A DNA stretch of 61,726 bases, the filler included, from Rhabdomonas costata (taxonomy: Eukaryota): assembly GCA_019059605.1 (NCBI GenBank). It is 23 parts of 23 records of this genome, joined end to end, with 100 filler letters (N's around TTAATTAATTAA, not from the genome) between each part and the next. Parts side by side here need not be neighbours in the genome. Positions count along the whole stretch, not along the records: positions 10,760 to 13,351 come from JAHMHO010002717.1; positions 13,452 to 16,041 come from JAHMHO010002718.1; positions 16,142 to 18,730 come from JAHMHO010002719.1; positions 18,831 to 21,419 come from JAHMHO010002720.1; positions 21,520 to 24,108 come from JAHMHO010002721.1; 18 more parts are not named here. The stretch is one strand, 5' to 3'. Under the pieces are notes generated by a model. The model had not been told where the DNA came from, did not search any database, and was given only the letters and a program-made list of their open reading frames with translations. Below are positions 11,037 to 23,939 of the stretch, piece after piece. Position numbers and translations under genes: made by a program. Numbering within the stretch: the stretch's first letter is position 1; each line of letters begins with the position of its first letter.

Positions 11037-14000
11037 TCAGTGGGTTTCCACATAGGTGGGTTATAATGGGTTTTCCCTAAGTGGTTAAGTGGGACAGATG
11101 GTGTAAAATAGTTTAGGTAGGATGATCCATGTACGTTTCTTCGTTGTCTGTGTTTACATTCTTAGTTTCCTCTTTTCAGGTGCAAGACAAAATTTTCAGA
11201 GACGAGCACTCTTTCCGGACTCCAGACTCAGGTCTTGGGTGGAAGGTGGTGGAAGGTAATGATGGATGTGAACCTCTTACCCTCGTGTGCCAGCTCCAGA
11301 GTTTCTCTAGCTTTTCCAAACTGCTTTAGTATTTAGTTAGCTACTTGTTCCAGAGTCCCTGATTTCAGATTACAGTGTTTTTGGATCTACCTTTCCAGAA
11401 TTTCATCCCAACATTAAGAGCTTTGTGTTTGTGCGCGTGAGTCTGGAGGTTGGGTTTCCAGAGCTTATGCATATTGTGACTGACTTCAAAGCTGCTGTGC
11501 TTCCAGAGTTGTGGAGATGTCCCAGACCACAAAGCCCCATGCAGATAAGCGTTACAGGGCAGGTCTGAACTAGTTTGTCAATTCTAATATACAGAATCGG
11601 TATGAGGCTTGTGTGCAGTGCTTTGATAAGTTTTCCACAGATTTAGAGAAGATGCGAGAAGAAACTGCAAATCCACTGAATAGTAGATGCTCGGGAGTGG
11701 TAGAAAGTACCACAAGATGGATGAATGCAGTGCAGTGGATTTAAGATCAGTACAATAACAGGAAATAGAATGCATAGATTGCAAATTTAGTGGATATTCT
11801 GTAGCATGGAAGAGTTGAGATGGTCAATGGTATCCACGAGTTGAACAAGTGGAGGATGGTTGCCAAGAGATCTCCACAGTTTACAGACATTGACTATCAT
11901 TACACCAGTGTGATAATGGATCATCGGATTATCATGCCATGGTGACGTATGTGACGGAGGTGGTTGAACAGATAGAGGTATTGGTTCTGATTTCTAATAT
12001 CGAGTTGTTGATTAATGAGGTTCTGTGGAGGAAGATTATTTCCAGGACATTGTTGTCCCAGATTCCAGATACGAGGCAGTGAGTGAAGTATTTCCCTCGA
12101 GACACGTTGGAAGAAATTTTGCGACAGCTGAAGATGAGTAGGTGACCGGAGTTAATGCACATCAATGGACTGAAAGCACGACGGCAGTGGTTGCCAGAGC
12201 CACAACATTGTCTTCACCAGAGAGTGAAGTTTCCAAGACAGCTCCAGAGACAGTTCCAACGTTGATAGCTCCGCCCACTTGATGGATCAAGCAGAGTGTT
12301 CTCCGCAACTCAAACACAAGCTAGAAATCAATATATAACCCACGTTGCGGTCAAAGCGCGAATTGATAAATCCGGCTTGGATAGCGATAAAGTAAGTCTC
12401 GTTGTGCAAATCTCTGCGTGCGTACCTGTTATTGTATGTGTTTGCTTCCGCTAAACCAATTAGTATTAGTATTCATCCAAGTCTGGTTGATCGAGATTTA
12501 CGTGGACATATATTTGAACTCTATGCTATAATCGTTGATAAGTGCAAATCTCGACGTCACAACAGTTCAGTTGCAATGACACGGAACTCAATGAGAAACG
12601 CGGAACGGAGCTGGCACCAGAACATGGCAACGGCTGGTAGAAAAATGGCGTACAAGGTACCGAGGTACTGAGTCATTCACAAAAACAAAATTCACAAATT
12701 ACAAGTGGGAGAGAGAGACATACAAAACAGAATGAAGGAAAGCGGCAAGAAGCAAAAAACAACTATTGATTGAAATTGGAAAGATAATCTGAGGTTGCTA
12801 AAAACGGAACGAAAAGATGGCGCGGGAGAAGGGTAGTGTGTAATGAGTGTGTTGAGATCTGGATAATGGAGAAACAATGGAAGTGAAATGGAGGAGGAAA
12901 ACAAAACAACGCGACGACAGATGGATGACAAGACACAAAAAAGAACGTGGAGGCACAAGAAGCATATTGACACGCAAGAATGATGGAAAATAATCGAACG
13001 ATTGGTCAGAGAAAATGGTTTAACACGGGGATAAAGAGATGATGACGACGGATGGAGAAGTGGACAGATAGAGACACAGCCTTAACTCAAGGAAAAGCAT
13101 TGCGTCGGTGGAACACTGTTCATCTAAATCTACGCATCGTAAAGTTGGGATCGTTGGGCGCTTTATGTTTCAAGACTATCAGAAATTACCACTCACACCA
13201 GCTGGCTCCCACTCCACCACATTTACCACGCCTTGAGAGGCACGGATCCAAGATCTGCGTACACCGAAGGTCATGAGCCGTGGTAGTGTGAACAATACGC
13301 CTACGCGGAGGAACCCCACAGATTATGGACCACATCTTATCAGACAAAAAANNNNNNNNNNNNNNNNNNNNNNNNNNNNNNNNNNNNNNNNNNNNTTAAT
13401 TAATTAANNNNNNNNNNNNNNNNNNNNNNNNNNNNNNNNNNNNNNNNNNNNTTTCGGGAGCAGGAGGTATTGGTGGCATGCTTATTCTGTTGGCATTCCG
13501 CCGATGCTCACGAGAAAAATGACTTCGTTCGTTGGGTCAAACAGAGCTGTATGCTGTGTCTGCGGATAGGGCGGAAGAAGAGGAAAGGGAGCAGTATTTA
13601 GATGCTGGCGAAGCCATCGAGCAGGTTGCACCTCACAAAAGAGTTGAAAAGAAAAGAGCTTCTTCGTACGCCGCAAGAGGGATCAGGAAAACTGCGGTAT
13701 TGGCGCCTCTTTCTTTGCAATGGAAAGCTCCAGAAAGCCCGTTTTGTCAACACCGATAGTGCTAAAAGGTTGGAACTAGTGTATCTGAACAAGCTCAAAG
13801 TTGCACCCAGCACTGAAATGACGAAGCTGCAGGTCTGCAAGAAACCTGAGTTTCGCATTTGCCGATCACTTTTTCTTACTATAATTTTTTATCATAAAAA
13901 TTACAGCCCAGGAATCATAAATAGAAGATGACTGCCGAGAGTTGCATCTCCAATTCCAAAGAAACCGCCCTATATTATCCACACCACAAGCAAATATTAT

Positions 14001-14965
14001 CCCAATAACTTCCCCAGAGAGCGGGTTTTCACAATAGCGACTTTTCGTGTACTGAACTTTTTTCAGGGAGCGCCATGACTCTCCTTATCTGCTTAAATAG
14101 TCGCCCACGCTTGTAGTTTTCCTCGTCCAGCGTGCACACGTCTACCGGCACCCATTGTTCGAGTGCAATGTCTTGCCGACCTAAGCCCTGACCAATAGGG
14201 CTGTAAAAGCCGAGAAGCTGCGAGTTCTTTCAATAGTCGAATTTAAGCACCCAGAGCCAAGACTTCCTCGTGATGCTTCCTGCACGGCCTGAAGTGCCCA
14301 GTCATACTCGTTTCTGTGAATACAGCTCAAGAAGCTCGGACAAACGCTTTCCGGGTTTCCTCTAACATCTGCCCGCTTTTATCTCAATCAAAAAGTGCAT
14401 TCACTAGCCCTAGTCATTTTCTCCAGTTCGTGCGTCGACTACCGGTCCTTGCAACGCAGTACCCAATATCCATCCCTCACCAGCTTCTGTCTCGTCTCAA
14501 GCCCAACGGGCATCCCTTAGAAAACGTCTTTTCAGGACATTTCAGTCCAATTTGGGCTTCGAGCCCCTATCTGCCCTGTCTTCTCTTTCTCCACCCATCC
14601 AAACCAACACCCTGATCCAGTATGCAGCCATGTCTACCAGTCTATGTCTCCCCAAAAATTTTGGTGCAGAGGCGTCGAGCATATGCAAGCTATCCTCATT
14701 TTGAAAAGCAAACTTTTGGAAAACGAAAATAGATTGATTTACTTCCGACTCCCACCCTAATCTGTTTAACTTTGCTGTTGTCCAGTGCCGTCTGTTGTTT
14801 ACAAATCTCAAATGGGTTGTGAAGCCATTCCAAAGAAAACTCTGAGGTTGCAGTGAAGTCAGCTATGTTGTGAACTTCTGCCATCCGAGGGCAATGCAGT
14901 GCAAGTGCATTAAATTCAAACCGGAGCTAGCGTCCCCCATCAAAAAAAGGAAGTCTGAAACGTAC

Positions 14966-16014
14966 CAGTTCGTTCGACCAGGAGAAGTTCTCCGGCTTCG
15001 CGACATCATCCGTTACGGTAAGCTGTGGGATGGACACTCCGTAAAACCGCGTCAGCTTCTTCCCCGTTACCTGATCCGCCGAGAACATCTGCATCACGGA
15101 GACGTTGTTGAAGGCATTCGTGGCGGCCTCCGCAATGCAGATGCTGGGCGCCATGACGTTGCCGTTGAGGTTGGTACGGGTGTATGCCGTCATCTGGGCC
15201 TTCGCCTTGGGGGTCATCTGGGGATAGCTTTGTTTGGGGAGACTGCGGTTCCAAAGCAGTAGAATCCTAACTTAACCTATTCAGTAGCACTAGTGAATCA
15301 AAAGTTCTGCATGTAACGAACGACAACAATGCCCTTTGAGGCCAGCCATTTTGCCGTCACAGCCGCGTGCTTCTTTCATCAAAAGCGAGCCAAACTTGTT
15401 TTCCTGACCACAAAAATAATTAATGGCACCAGGTTGTTCCATTGTCCATGATCCCCTTTGGGACCACACTACAGTAGAGCCGGCCCCCACTTGTCCCCAC
15501 TTGTGTGTGTGGGGTCCCCTACATTGCTGGTCCTAGGGGCCTTGACGGGTTTTCCGGGTGTTTCCGGGAATTCTCGGTATAGGGGTACCTTGGTGCACTA
15601 TGGTCAGCCGGCCTAAAGGCCGGAGAGATACCCCTGGTGGACCCCATCTTGCCCCCCGATTCTAGCCCGGCAACAGGATTATGACACACAGCGACCCGAT
15701 ATCTGAAGGGTCCCCACAACTTCCCGCCATGTGTTGAACGCAGTATACTGTGCAAGTGATGGACGCGTTTACTTGCTTTGCTTTGCTTTGCTTCATACGA
15801 GAATCTCATCCCACCCCCCAGTACCTCACAGAGGGCTGGAACAGCAGCTCAAACGTGATCCCTGAGATCTCCTCGTGCGCTCGCATGTCATAGAACAGAC
15901 TCATCTTCTCCACGGTGGTGCTGTAGTTCAGGATCGACTTCGGCCCGGGGATGTCCAGCAGCTCGTTCCCGGCGATGCGGTAGGACTGCAGCAGAAGCAG
16001 CTTCTCGGTGGGCT
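14966..16014 (-). CDS. Hypothetical protein, internal exons (partial)
   Basis: Exons ~16014-15825 and 15266-14966 join in frame (phase 2): QPTEKLLLLQSYRIAGNELLDIPGPKSILNYSTTVEKMSLFYDM...FQPSVR-ILLLWNRSLPKQSYPQMTPKAKAQ...ENFSWSNEL. Strong GC3 bias; family not recognised. Confidence 0.75.
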
Positions 16015-16584
16015 GAAGTCGATCCTGAACTACACCCCCACNNNNNNNNNNNNNNNNNNNNNNNNNNNNNNNNNNNNNNNNNNNNTTAATTAATTAANNN
16101 NNNNNNNNNNNNNNNNNNNNNNNNNNNNNNNNNNNNNNNNNGTGTGGGTGTGGTAAAGATGATGATCGCCTACCAGCGAATGGAATGGCAATTGCTCGAG
16201 TTTCAGGAAACCCCCTCAAAAATGAACACGGACACGGAATAAGGAGTGTAAAGGAGTGGTTCCCATTTTTTCTCAGCAATGCCAACTTCAACAAGAATGG
16301 AGCCCAAGTGGAGCGAATGCAAGCAATGCAAAGAAGGTTTTTCTCTTCATTTCTCAGCGCTATTACAGGGCTAGTATCTACGTAAGTTCCACTTGTTGAC
16401 TAGAACCACCCAAATAGCTGAGGAGTGGGCATTGATCTCCAACGTTCTAAATTGTAAAGGCAGAGATTGCTGCCGTCATAGGCCATATGGTATAGGCCTT
16501 TCGGGCGCTGAAGCGTATCTTTCAGCAGTTTCAACCATGTCCAATGAGATAACAATATATCCACAGGCTCACACAAAAACACAC

Positions 16585-18444
16585 CAATGGGGCAGTAGCT
16601 CCCTGCGGGGCAGATGTTTCCTGTGGTCCCGTCCGTGGGGTGGGTGGAGGAGGCCCCCAAGGAGCAGTAGTAGCCTGCCATGCACGGGGAGGAGGGCAAG
16701 CTGAGGCCTAGGGTAATACAGGCCTGACCAGGGGTGCACGGCAGGCAGGCCGAGGACAGGGACTGCGCCGTGATGTTGTTGAAGGTGCCCACGGGGCAGG
16801 GGTTGCTGAAGGGGCTTCCCGTGCCTAACAAAACAAAATATCTACACACACTCTGAGGGTGTCAAGAGCAAATAATGAACGAATGCGGGGCATGCGCGGT
16901 TAAAATTACGCACAAGCGCGGCTTTTGGTGACGTTCTGTTCGGACCATTTCCAGAAATGAACAAATTACACGGTAGCGCAGAAAATGCTCTTTGAGGACC
17001 CACGAGCACAGGGGAACGAGCCGTCAAATGCACCTCACCTGCAGGGCAGAAGTACCCAGAGGGGCAATCGCGAGGGACAGTGACGTTCAGAACCGGGTCC
17101 AGGCCAATGCAGTAGCTTCCTGAAAACCCAAAAGTACAAGACGTCAACGGTACTATCACAAACCCATGTGCCTCACGGTTCAAGGTATTACCCATGGCAC
17201 TTCGGTGGCCTTTTTCCCTCTGTGTGTTTTATATCCAAAGTGAAGCGAGTGAAGAGCTCGATCCCAGCCTACTCTTTATGGAAATGGATTCTGGCGGCGT
17301 GCATTGCGAGCATGCGATGAAGAGCTGATGTGCACGACCTCTGGGGATCCCTTGCCAATTGCGCTACTGATCTGCGTGTGTGCCCGGAGCCTGCTGGCTG
17401 GTATGAGACATTCAAATGGACGCGTCTGGAAAGATAGGTTGCTCGCCACTCAAGCCCTCTGCCACGAGGCTCTCTGGATGCAGGCTCTCCACCTTCGTGC
17501 CGTTCTGGGGCCTCTGTTGGCATATAATATGTGCGAAGGCTCATGCGTAACCGTGGAGGCAGTCAGAAGGCTGGCGGCCCATGTCCCATCGAGAGTGGCT
17601 AGCCCGAGGGAATGAGAAACGTAAGTCTTAAAAAAGACACCGGTCAAGTGCACAAGATGCGTGCGCGTGTGTATGTGCCTGGAGGACAGGTCTTGCATGT
17701 GGACTGCCCAGACAGGTCCTGGTACGTGCCATTCCCGCACAGTACAGGCACTGCAGAGCCGGCGGCGCACGCGCTGCCCACGGGGCAGCGATAGGCCGGC
17801 GGGGTGGGCGAGGCCTGCCCCAGGGGGCAGTAGTACCCTGCCGAGCACTGACCCGCCGTGGCGTTCATACCGGTAAGGGGGCAGTAGGACCCTGCCAGGC
17901 AGGGTAAGCAGGCCACCTCGCTGGCTGAGCCCACGGCAGGGTTGTAGGTGCCCTGGAAAAGCAACGACGCAGAAACCCAGTCTCCCTCTACGACGCCCTG
18001 TCAGTGTTGCAATTGTTGGAAGAAGGCTTCCAAACGATTTTGGTGGTGTTCACTCGCATCACTGCTGCGCTGCACGTGTTCAAAAAATCGAGGGCCGATA
18101 AGTCAAAAACATCTCAACTGGTGTCACCAGATTGGGCGCTTCTACGAGTTAATTTCAAATACAGACAAAGATCAGACCTGGTCATTTCTGTTGTGAGCAT
18201 CTGGCCACCATCAACAACCGTCCTGAGATGGCTTCGTTTTATCTCTAAATTATCATCAAATGCAAAAACCTGTGCCTGTACACGTACAGCACACGGGTTG
18301 CGTTCGTGGGAGGGTGTGAGAGCGTGATGTTCTCACACAAACCGGCTGGCACGCCGTGGGCAGCACTGAGCCGTTCGGGCAGAAGCTCCCTGAGGGGCAG
18401 ATGCTCCCGCTGGGCAAGTTCAGCGGCTGTGGAGTGTAAGCTCC
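16585..18444 (-). CDS. GCC2/GCC3 (ephrin-receptor-like) cysteine-rich repeat protein, internal exons (partial)
   Basis: Exons 18444-18343, 17952-17679, 17119-17039 and 16824-16585, with repeated CP.G.YCP.G / C..GTY/F motifs. The second intron needs a GC donor. Confidence 0.9.
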
Positions 18445-18604
18445 CTGCAAAAAAATGAGAAAATGAGGAAGTGGACGGGGAAAGGGGCTCAGTAAAGGGG
18501 AGGCAAGAGACCGGTGTCTGGTGGTTAACAAGGAGTGCGATGAAAACAGTAGTGTATGGGCTCAGCAGAGCTATTTTTTCTGTTGTTGGTTTTTAGAGCC
18601 ATTT

Positions 18605-18730
18605 CAGGGAAATCATATGTTTGGGGTTATTTGGGGATATGACACGCAAGAATCATAATCATAATCATGATTATGATTATGATTCTTGCGTGTCATATCC
18701 CCAAATAACCCCAAACATATGATTTCCCTG
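18605..18730. repeat. Perfect 126-bp palindrome at a contig end (fold-back amplification artefact)
   Basis: The sequence is self-complementary about the CATG at 18666-18669 and ends exactly at the contig end. Confidence 0.9.
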
Positions 18731-19583
18731 NNNNNNNNNNNNNNNNNNNNNNNNNNNNNNNNNNNNNNNNNNNNTTAATTAATTAANNNNNNNNNNNNNN
18801 NNNNNNNNNNNNNNNNNNNNNNNNNNNNNNGTTGTTTCGCGGAGTATTATAGCTCTTACTTATGGCGAACACGGGTCGCATAACATTATGCACAATGGTT
18901 GTGGGGTGCTTACGTGGGGACACTCACATTCGTTGTTGTTTATCTTGTGGTGACGTGGGAAGAGTCCTGTGTTCGGAGAAGACGGGGTATGTGGTCGCTC
19001 CACGCTTATGCAGGAAAATCAGTGGTTGACGTCATTTGTTTAGCCTTCTCGTGAACGAAAATTTGCACTGGTTATGCGGCATCTAACCACATCATGTTTT
19101 CCCTTGCATGATTGTGAGCAGTTCATCAGCGGACCCACCTGTGTTCAGTTCTGCTTGGGAAGGAGTGATCAAATGTGCCAAAGAATGGTTTTTCAAGCCA
19201 ATTTACAGTCCTGTGCAATATTGTTAAGACATTTCGTGCGGTGAGGTTGTTGTTTTTTAAGGCTATTCTTATTTTTGCCGGGTTTAGCTCCGCCTCAAAC
19301 GCTGCTCCGATGATGAGTTTTCCAGTGGTGGCATGAGATGCGAGTGGCACGCCTTGAATTAATTTTTCTGCCTTTTCCAACCAACAACCGGCGGCTGCCC
19401 CCTCCCCACCACCACCAACACCACTGTGGCTTGCATGGGTTTTGCTTGGGCGACAAAGAAAGTTGCCGCTCGATTACAGCTCTCGTGCTTTCGGGCCGCT
19501 CCGCAGCTTCGTCTTCCGTGTGTGTTGTTCTCCTACAGTTGGCATAGTGCTGCTGTTGTGCTGTAGCGCCCTCGGCAGTCAAA

Positions 19584-20998
19584 ATGGCGGACGGCTATGT
19601 CATCGGGAGCTATGTCCTGACCATCTTCTTCCTGCTGCTCTTCGCAGCGTACAGCGTGTACTACACCTACTCGCGGATGAAAGCCAGCAAGGGGATGTCC
19701 ATGTCCCACTTCCTCGCCGCGCGCGGCACGATGCCGGGGTGGAAGATTGCGTTCTCCTACTACGCCTCCGCTATGGGTGCCTGGGCTATCGTCTCGCCGT
19801 CCAGCTATGCTTCCTATGCAGGGCTGCTGGGGCTGTCGATGTACGCCTTGTCCACGGGTCTTCCGATTGTTATCATTGCTCTGCTGGTTTGGGCGTGCTG
19901 TTCCGGGCGTGACTTGTTGCTTTCTCCTGTTGTGTCAGTGGCTACAAGTCGATCCCCGCACTCAGGAACCGTGAGTAAATGCCTTGCAAACCCAAAAATA
20001 GGAACATCGGGAAGGTTGGGTTGTCGTTCTTCGTCCACTTGCTCTTATTTATGCATTTCTCTTTTTTTTCCGCACCGCTTTTTTGGGGAAATCTTTCAAA
20101 ATCTATACTCCGAGGAGTTAATTGGTTTATCTTTTGTTGTGGGCCGTTTGAAGTCTTGAGCAGGTTGTACCTTCGACCGAACACGGTGAGGACAAGAGCT
20201 TTGCTGGATCTTCAATGACGGATGTATGAGAGATGGGATTTATGTTTCCCTTGTGCTGAAGCTTTCCACCTTCCCTTCCCTGTTGCCTGTGCACCCCTCT
20301 GCGCCGCCCCTTCCCCTCTCTCCTTCCCTTCTCAGGGTCACTGGCTGCAGCGCCGGTACCCCGACGTGGTTTCGTTCAGCGACTTTGTCGGGCAAAGGTT
20401 TGGTTGGCTCGCCCAGATCTTCGTCTGTGTGGTGGCTCTGCTCAACATGGCCATTGGCCTGCTGGCGGTGTGCCTATTTCTTCACTGTGTTGTCTTCTGA
20501 TCTGAAGGTGCCCCCTCTCTGATTCTCGCTCCGTCCACGGATGGCGCTTCATTGATTCCCTTTCTCTTATAATCGCGTTCTTCTTCGTGGTGCCTCACTC
20601 ACCACCTCTGACCGTGCGAAAGCGTTGGCATTGTCCTGGACCGCAGTGTTGCCGAGGTGAGGTGGGCATTTTTTTTTGCTTTCGCATGACTGAGCGAGGC
20701 AGGGTCTCTTCCTCTTGTCCTCTCTGCGCCTCACCTCGCATGCAGGAGTACACCACCATGGGCACCATCTTCAAGACGTTTGTGGGCACCGAGCCATATA
20801 CGGTGATTGTGTTGGTGGCCGTGCTGACCACGGGTTACACCGCCTACGGGGGGCTGGAGGTTTCCATAGTCACGGACCGCTTGCAGGCCTTCGCCAGCAT
20901 GCTGCTGATCGCCCTGCTTTTCTTCTACTGCGTCGCCACCTTCCGCCACGAGATGCCCCCGCTCTCCAATGACTTGGGGGTGGGGTATGACATTGCAG
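19584..20998 (+). CDS. Sodium:solute symporter (SSS) family transporter, DUR3/DUR31-like, 5' exons (partial)
   Basis: Exons 19584-19886, 20336-20467 and 20746-20998: MADGY...HFLAARGT...AFSYYASAMGAWAIVSP...GLLGLSMYALSTGLP...-GHWLQRRYPDVVSFSDFVGQRFG...-EYTTMG...YTAYGGLEVSIVTDRLQ. Has the SSS motifs FL.AR, RFG and YT..GGL..S..TD..Q, with multiple TM segments. Confidence 0.88.
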
Positions 20999-22792
20999 GT
21001 TGGTTGTCTCGGGCATGCCCCTCAATGACCTTCCCTTTGTTGCTGTGTGTTCGGGAATGGTCGTAAAAGCTTGCCCTGTTTTTTTTTTCGCGAGGCGGAG
21101 CTGTTGTCCAAGAGGGCGGCTGCACCACAAGTGTTTGGCACAAGGAGGGACCAACACTTTTGTGACGCTCGCAAGATTGGGAAGTGTTACCTTGTTGTTT
21201 TCGCTCCGGAAATGTTGGGACACGCGCGAAGGCAACTTTTTGTGGGTGGCCAACCGGGCGAAACGATTTTCTGGTTCATTGCCAGTGGCGATGGAGTGAC
21301 GAGCCGGGGCATTTTGACGCTGGGAGAGGGCACAAAGATGGCACATTGGGTCGTTTGCTGGGATGGGGTGTGGTGTTGAGCAGGATTTTGGATGTGGATT
21401 TGCTGGGTTGAAACCAAAANNNNNNNNNNNNNNNNNNNNNNNNNNNNNNNNNNNNNNNNNNNNTTAATTAATTAANNNNNNNNNNNNNNNNNNNNNNNNN
21501 NNNNNNNNNNNNNNNNNNNTTTTTGGGTTGTTCTTGGTTGACCTGCGCTCGGAGTTCCCGCTTCCCATTTTAGCATTATCGACTTCGACAAATTTTCAAG
21601 GGCCCTGGGTCCCCCTTTTGCATGCCTAAAAGCTGATCCTAAGCTTTCGGCCGGGCCTGCTCGGCATCCCTCGGGGTGGCAGTACTTCCTGCTTTCACCG
21701 GAATGATTTGGTTTTGAGCTAACCGGCCCTTTCCGGGCCGGTTTGGGGTATTTTTGCGCTCTTTGATTTGCCCTTTGATCAGAGAAAGAACTTTAGGCGG
21801 GAGCACCGTCCGACCACCTGCCCGCCAGTGTGCCAGCAACGATTTATGCTATTGTGTTGGGTCTCCGGTCTCCGGATCCGTGTTTGAGCAGGGGCACCCC
21901 ACTTTAGTGTCAAGCCGGGCGCCGGCCCCGTGCATCTGACGGTTGGGTCATGTGCCAAGGGCAATCAAGGATATCGGCAGGCTCACATTCCGTCCTGGCA
22001 AAAAGTTGGGTCACGGAATGGGACCAGCCCCCTGTCCACGGCCGACTGCGCCGTTATCTTGTGTCAGGGGCCGCCTGTGGGGCAGCGGCTGGACAGCTTG
22101 CCTCCGGGGGGTCTGGTTTTGAAATTTGCTACTATCATATTCCAAAACTAAAGGAGTCTAAATTGGAAACCCCTTTCGCTAGACGACAATTCCCATCCCC
22201 ACAAAACCGCCAGATTTGACTTGCCAAGTGAAACACCGGTTATTGTGGCCGTGCGGAAGGCCTCTGGCGTCATTGCGCGGGTGGGGATCGTTTTCCAGAA
22301 TGTAACCATGGGGCGCATCAAAATGCTCATTCGTGTAAAGGCACAACGTCGTTCTTTCCATGGACACGATCTTGGTCCAACGGCATTGCCATAATTTTGT
22401 TTAGGTTATTGAGCGCCACCAGCGAACCGAAGAGCCTTTCGACTGTGTTTCGATTTAGTCGGAAGGTAAATTTCAATCGCATGGCCGCGTTGTCCTTCCA
22501 AATGTATCTCAACCGACCGCTTCAATAAACAGGCTGCAAAATAGAAACCCCAGAGAACTCACCTCACAAGGTCCACCGCAGCAGACCACCAGCATAACGT
22601 TCCCAAAAAAAATGTATCCAAAAGCAAAAGATTCCGCCAATGGCAACGCCGGGCAGGTGAAAACCACATCCAACCATCAATTACTATGCGATCCCCGTGA
22701 GTGCATGTGTGTAAACTTTGACGAGACTTTGTTGTTTTGTGTGGAGGTCGCGGAGCCGGTTCTAAAGAATGGCTCCCACAAAACCGGACAGC

Positions 22793-23939
22793 TTAGTCGA
22801 TCACCACGGTGGGCCGGCGCAAGTCTCGCGAGGCCTCGGCCACGCTGACCCGCACGCAGGCGTCCCACCCACACCGGCAGACCACGGACCGGCCCTCATC
22901 TGCGATCGCCCGCCGGACGTCGTCCGTTACGTGCCACAGTTGAGCCTCCAGGGAATTGTGGAACTTCTCCTTTCGCAGCCGAACGTACACCTACCACCCG
23001 CACCCACACAGCACATGCCCAAGCACATATGCCAACAACAGTCGCACCCAGAAAGACTGCTGTCAGCGCCTTGTCAGCCAAGACTCAAGCGACAGCACCA
23101 CTCAACCATCGGCTAGTATATAAACAAAAAGGCGCTGAAACACCTGCGGCAATTACATTGGTCAGCACCACAATCCCAAACGGAGGCATTTAACCGCAGC
23201 GAATTACCAAACGCGCGTGCACACGCATCCAGCCAGGTTTCTCGTGTTCTTCTTCCTCGTGTTTTTTTTTGGGGGGGGGGCTGTCTTTTTGGTGTGTTTT
23301 GTGGATTTGTTTGTATATAATGTTTGTATAGAAAGAAAGCTACCCTGACACGGGTTGATTATTCCACTGCATCAGCAAAAATGCAGATCTGGCGGGAAGG
23401 AATAACAATACATAGATCAGACCTACATCCTCCATGCCACTGATCGATACGAGTGTGTTGTGTGGGGGGGGGGGGGTCAAATGCTGTTTAACCTCTGTAA
23501 AATCATTTGTTAAGACAAATGCATCCTCGGGCCGCTGATGCCCAGTACCCTAAACAAAACAAAAAAAAACAGCGTCAACCGGTTCGGTTTGACCGGTTTG
23601 ATCGTCCAGCACAGCAAAACGCTCCCCTCCCTACATCAGACAGCACACCACTCTCCGGTGCTGTTTTCCCCAGACAAGACTGAAGCGCAAAAAAAATCAT
23701 AAGCCCACCTCGTCCCATCCATGGTCCTCCATTGTCCTCGCGATCTGAGCCAAGACATAGTCCGACAGCCCCACCATCCCCCCGCTCAGCGCCCTCTCCG
23801 CGACATCAGCGTACTCGCGGCGCCTACGAGGCTGCAGCTCCGGGGGGAGCTTCGACAGCACCATCGGGTCCAGATCCGGTGCCTCACCGGGGTGATTGGC
23901 CCGCATGTACCCGGCGTGGTCCAGATACGCCATCCCTTC
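22793..23939 (-). CDS. Hypothetical protein, last two exons (partial)
   Basis: Exons 23939-23709 and 22990-22793 (phase 0, GT-AG): EGMAYLDHAGYMRANHPGEAPDLDP...MEDHGWDE-VYVRLRKEKFHNSLEAQLWHV...PTVVID*. GC3-rich. Confidence 0.7.

Noticed and set aside
18605..18730. Long perfect palindromes as hairpin telomeres, miRNA precursors or MITEs (also 34970-35134, ~45518-45601, 15922-16034)
   Set aside because: All abut contig ends and have essentially identical arms, which is typical of fold-back amplification artefacts.
22148..22512. Overlapping protein-looking ORFs downstream of the 22.8-kb gene
   Set aside because: No frame is sustained, there are no recognisable motifs and no consistent splice model.
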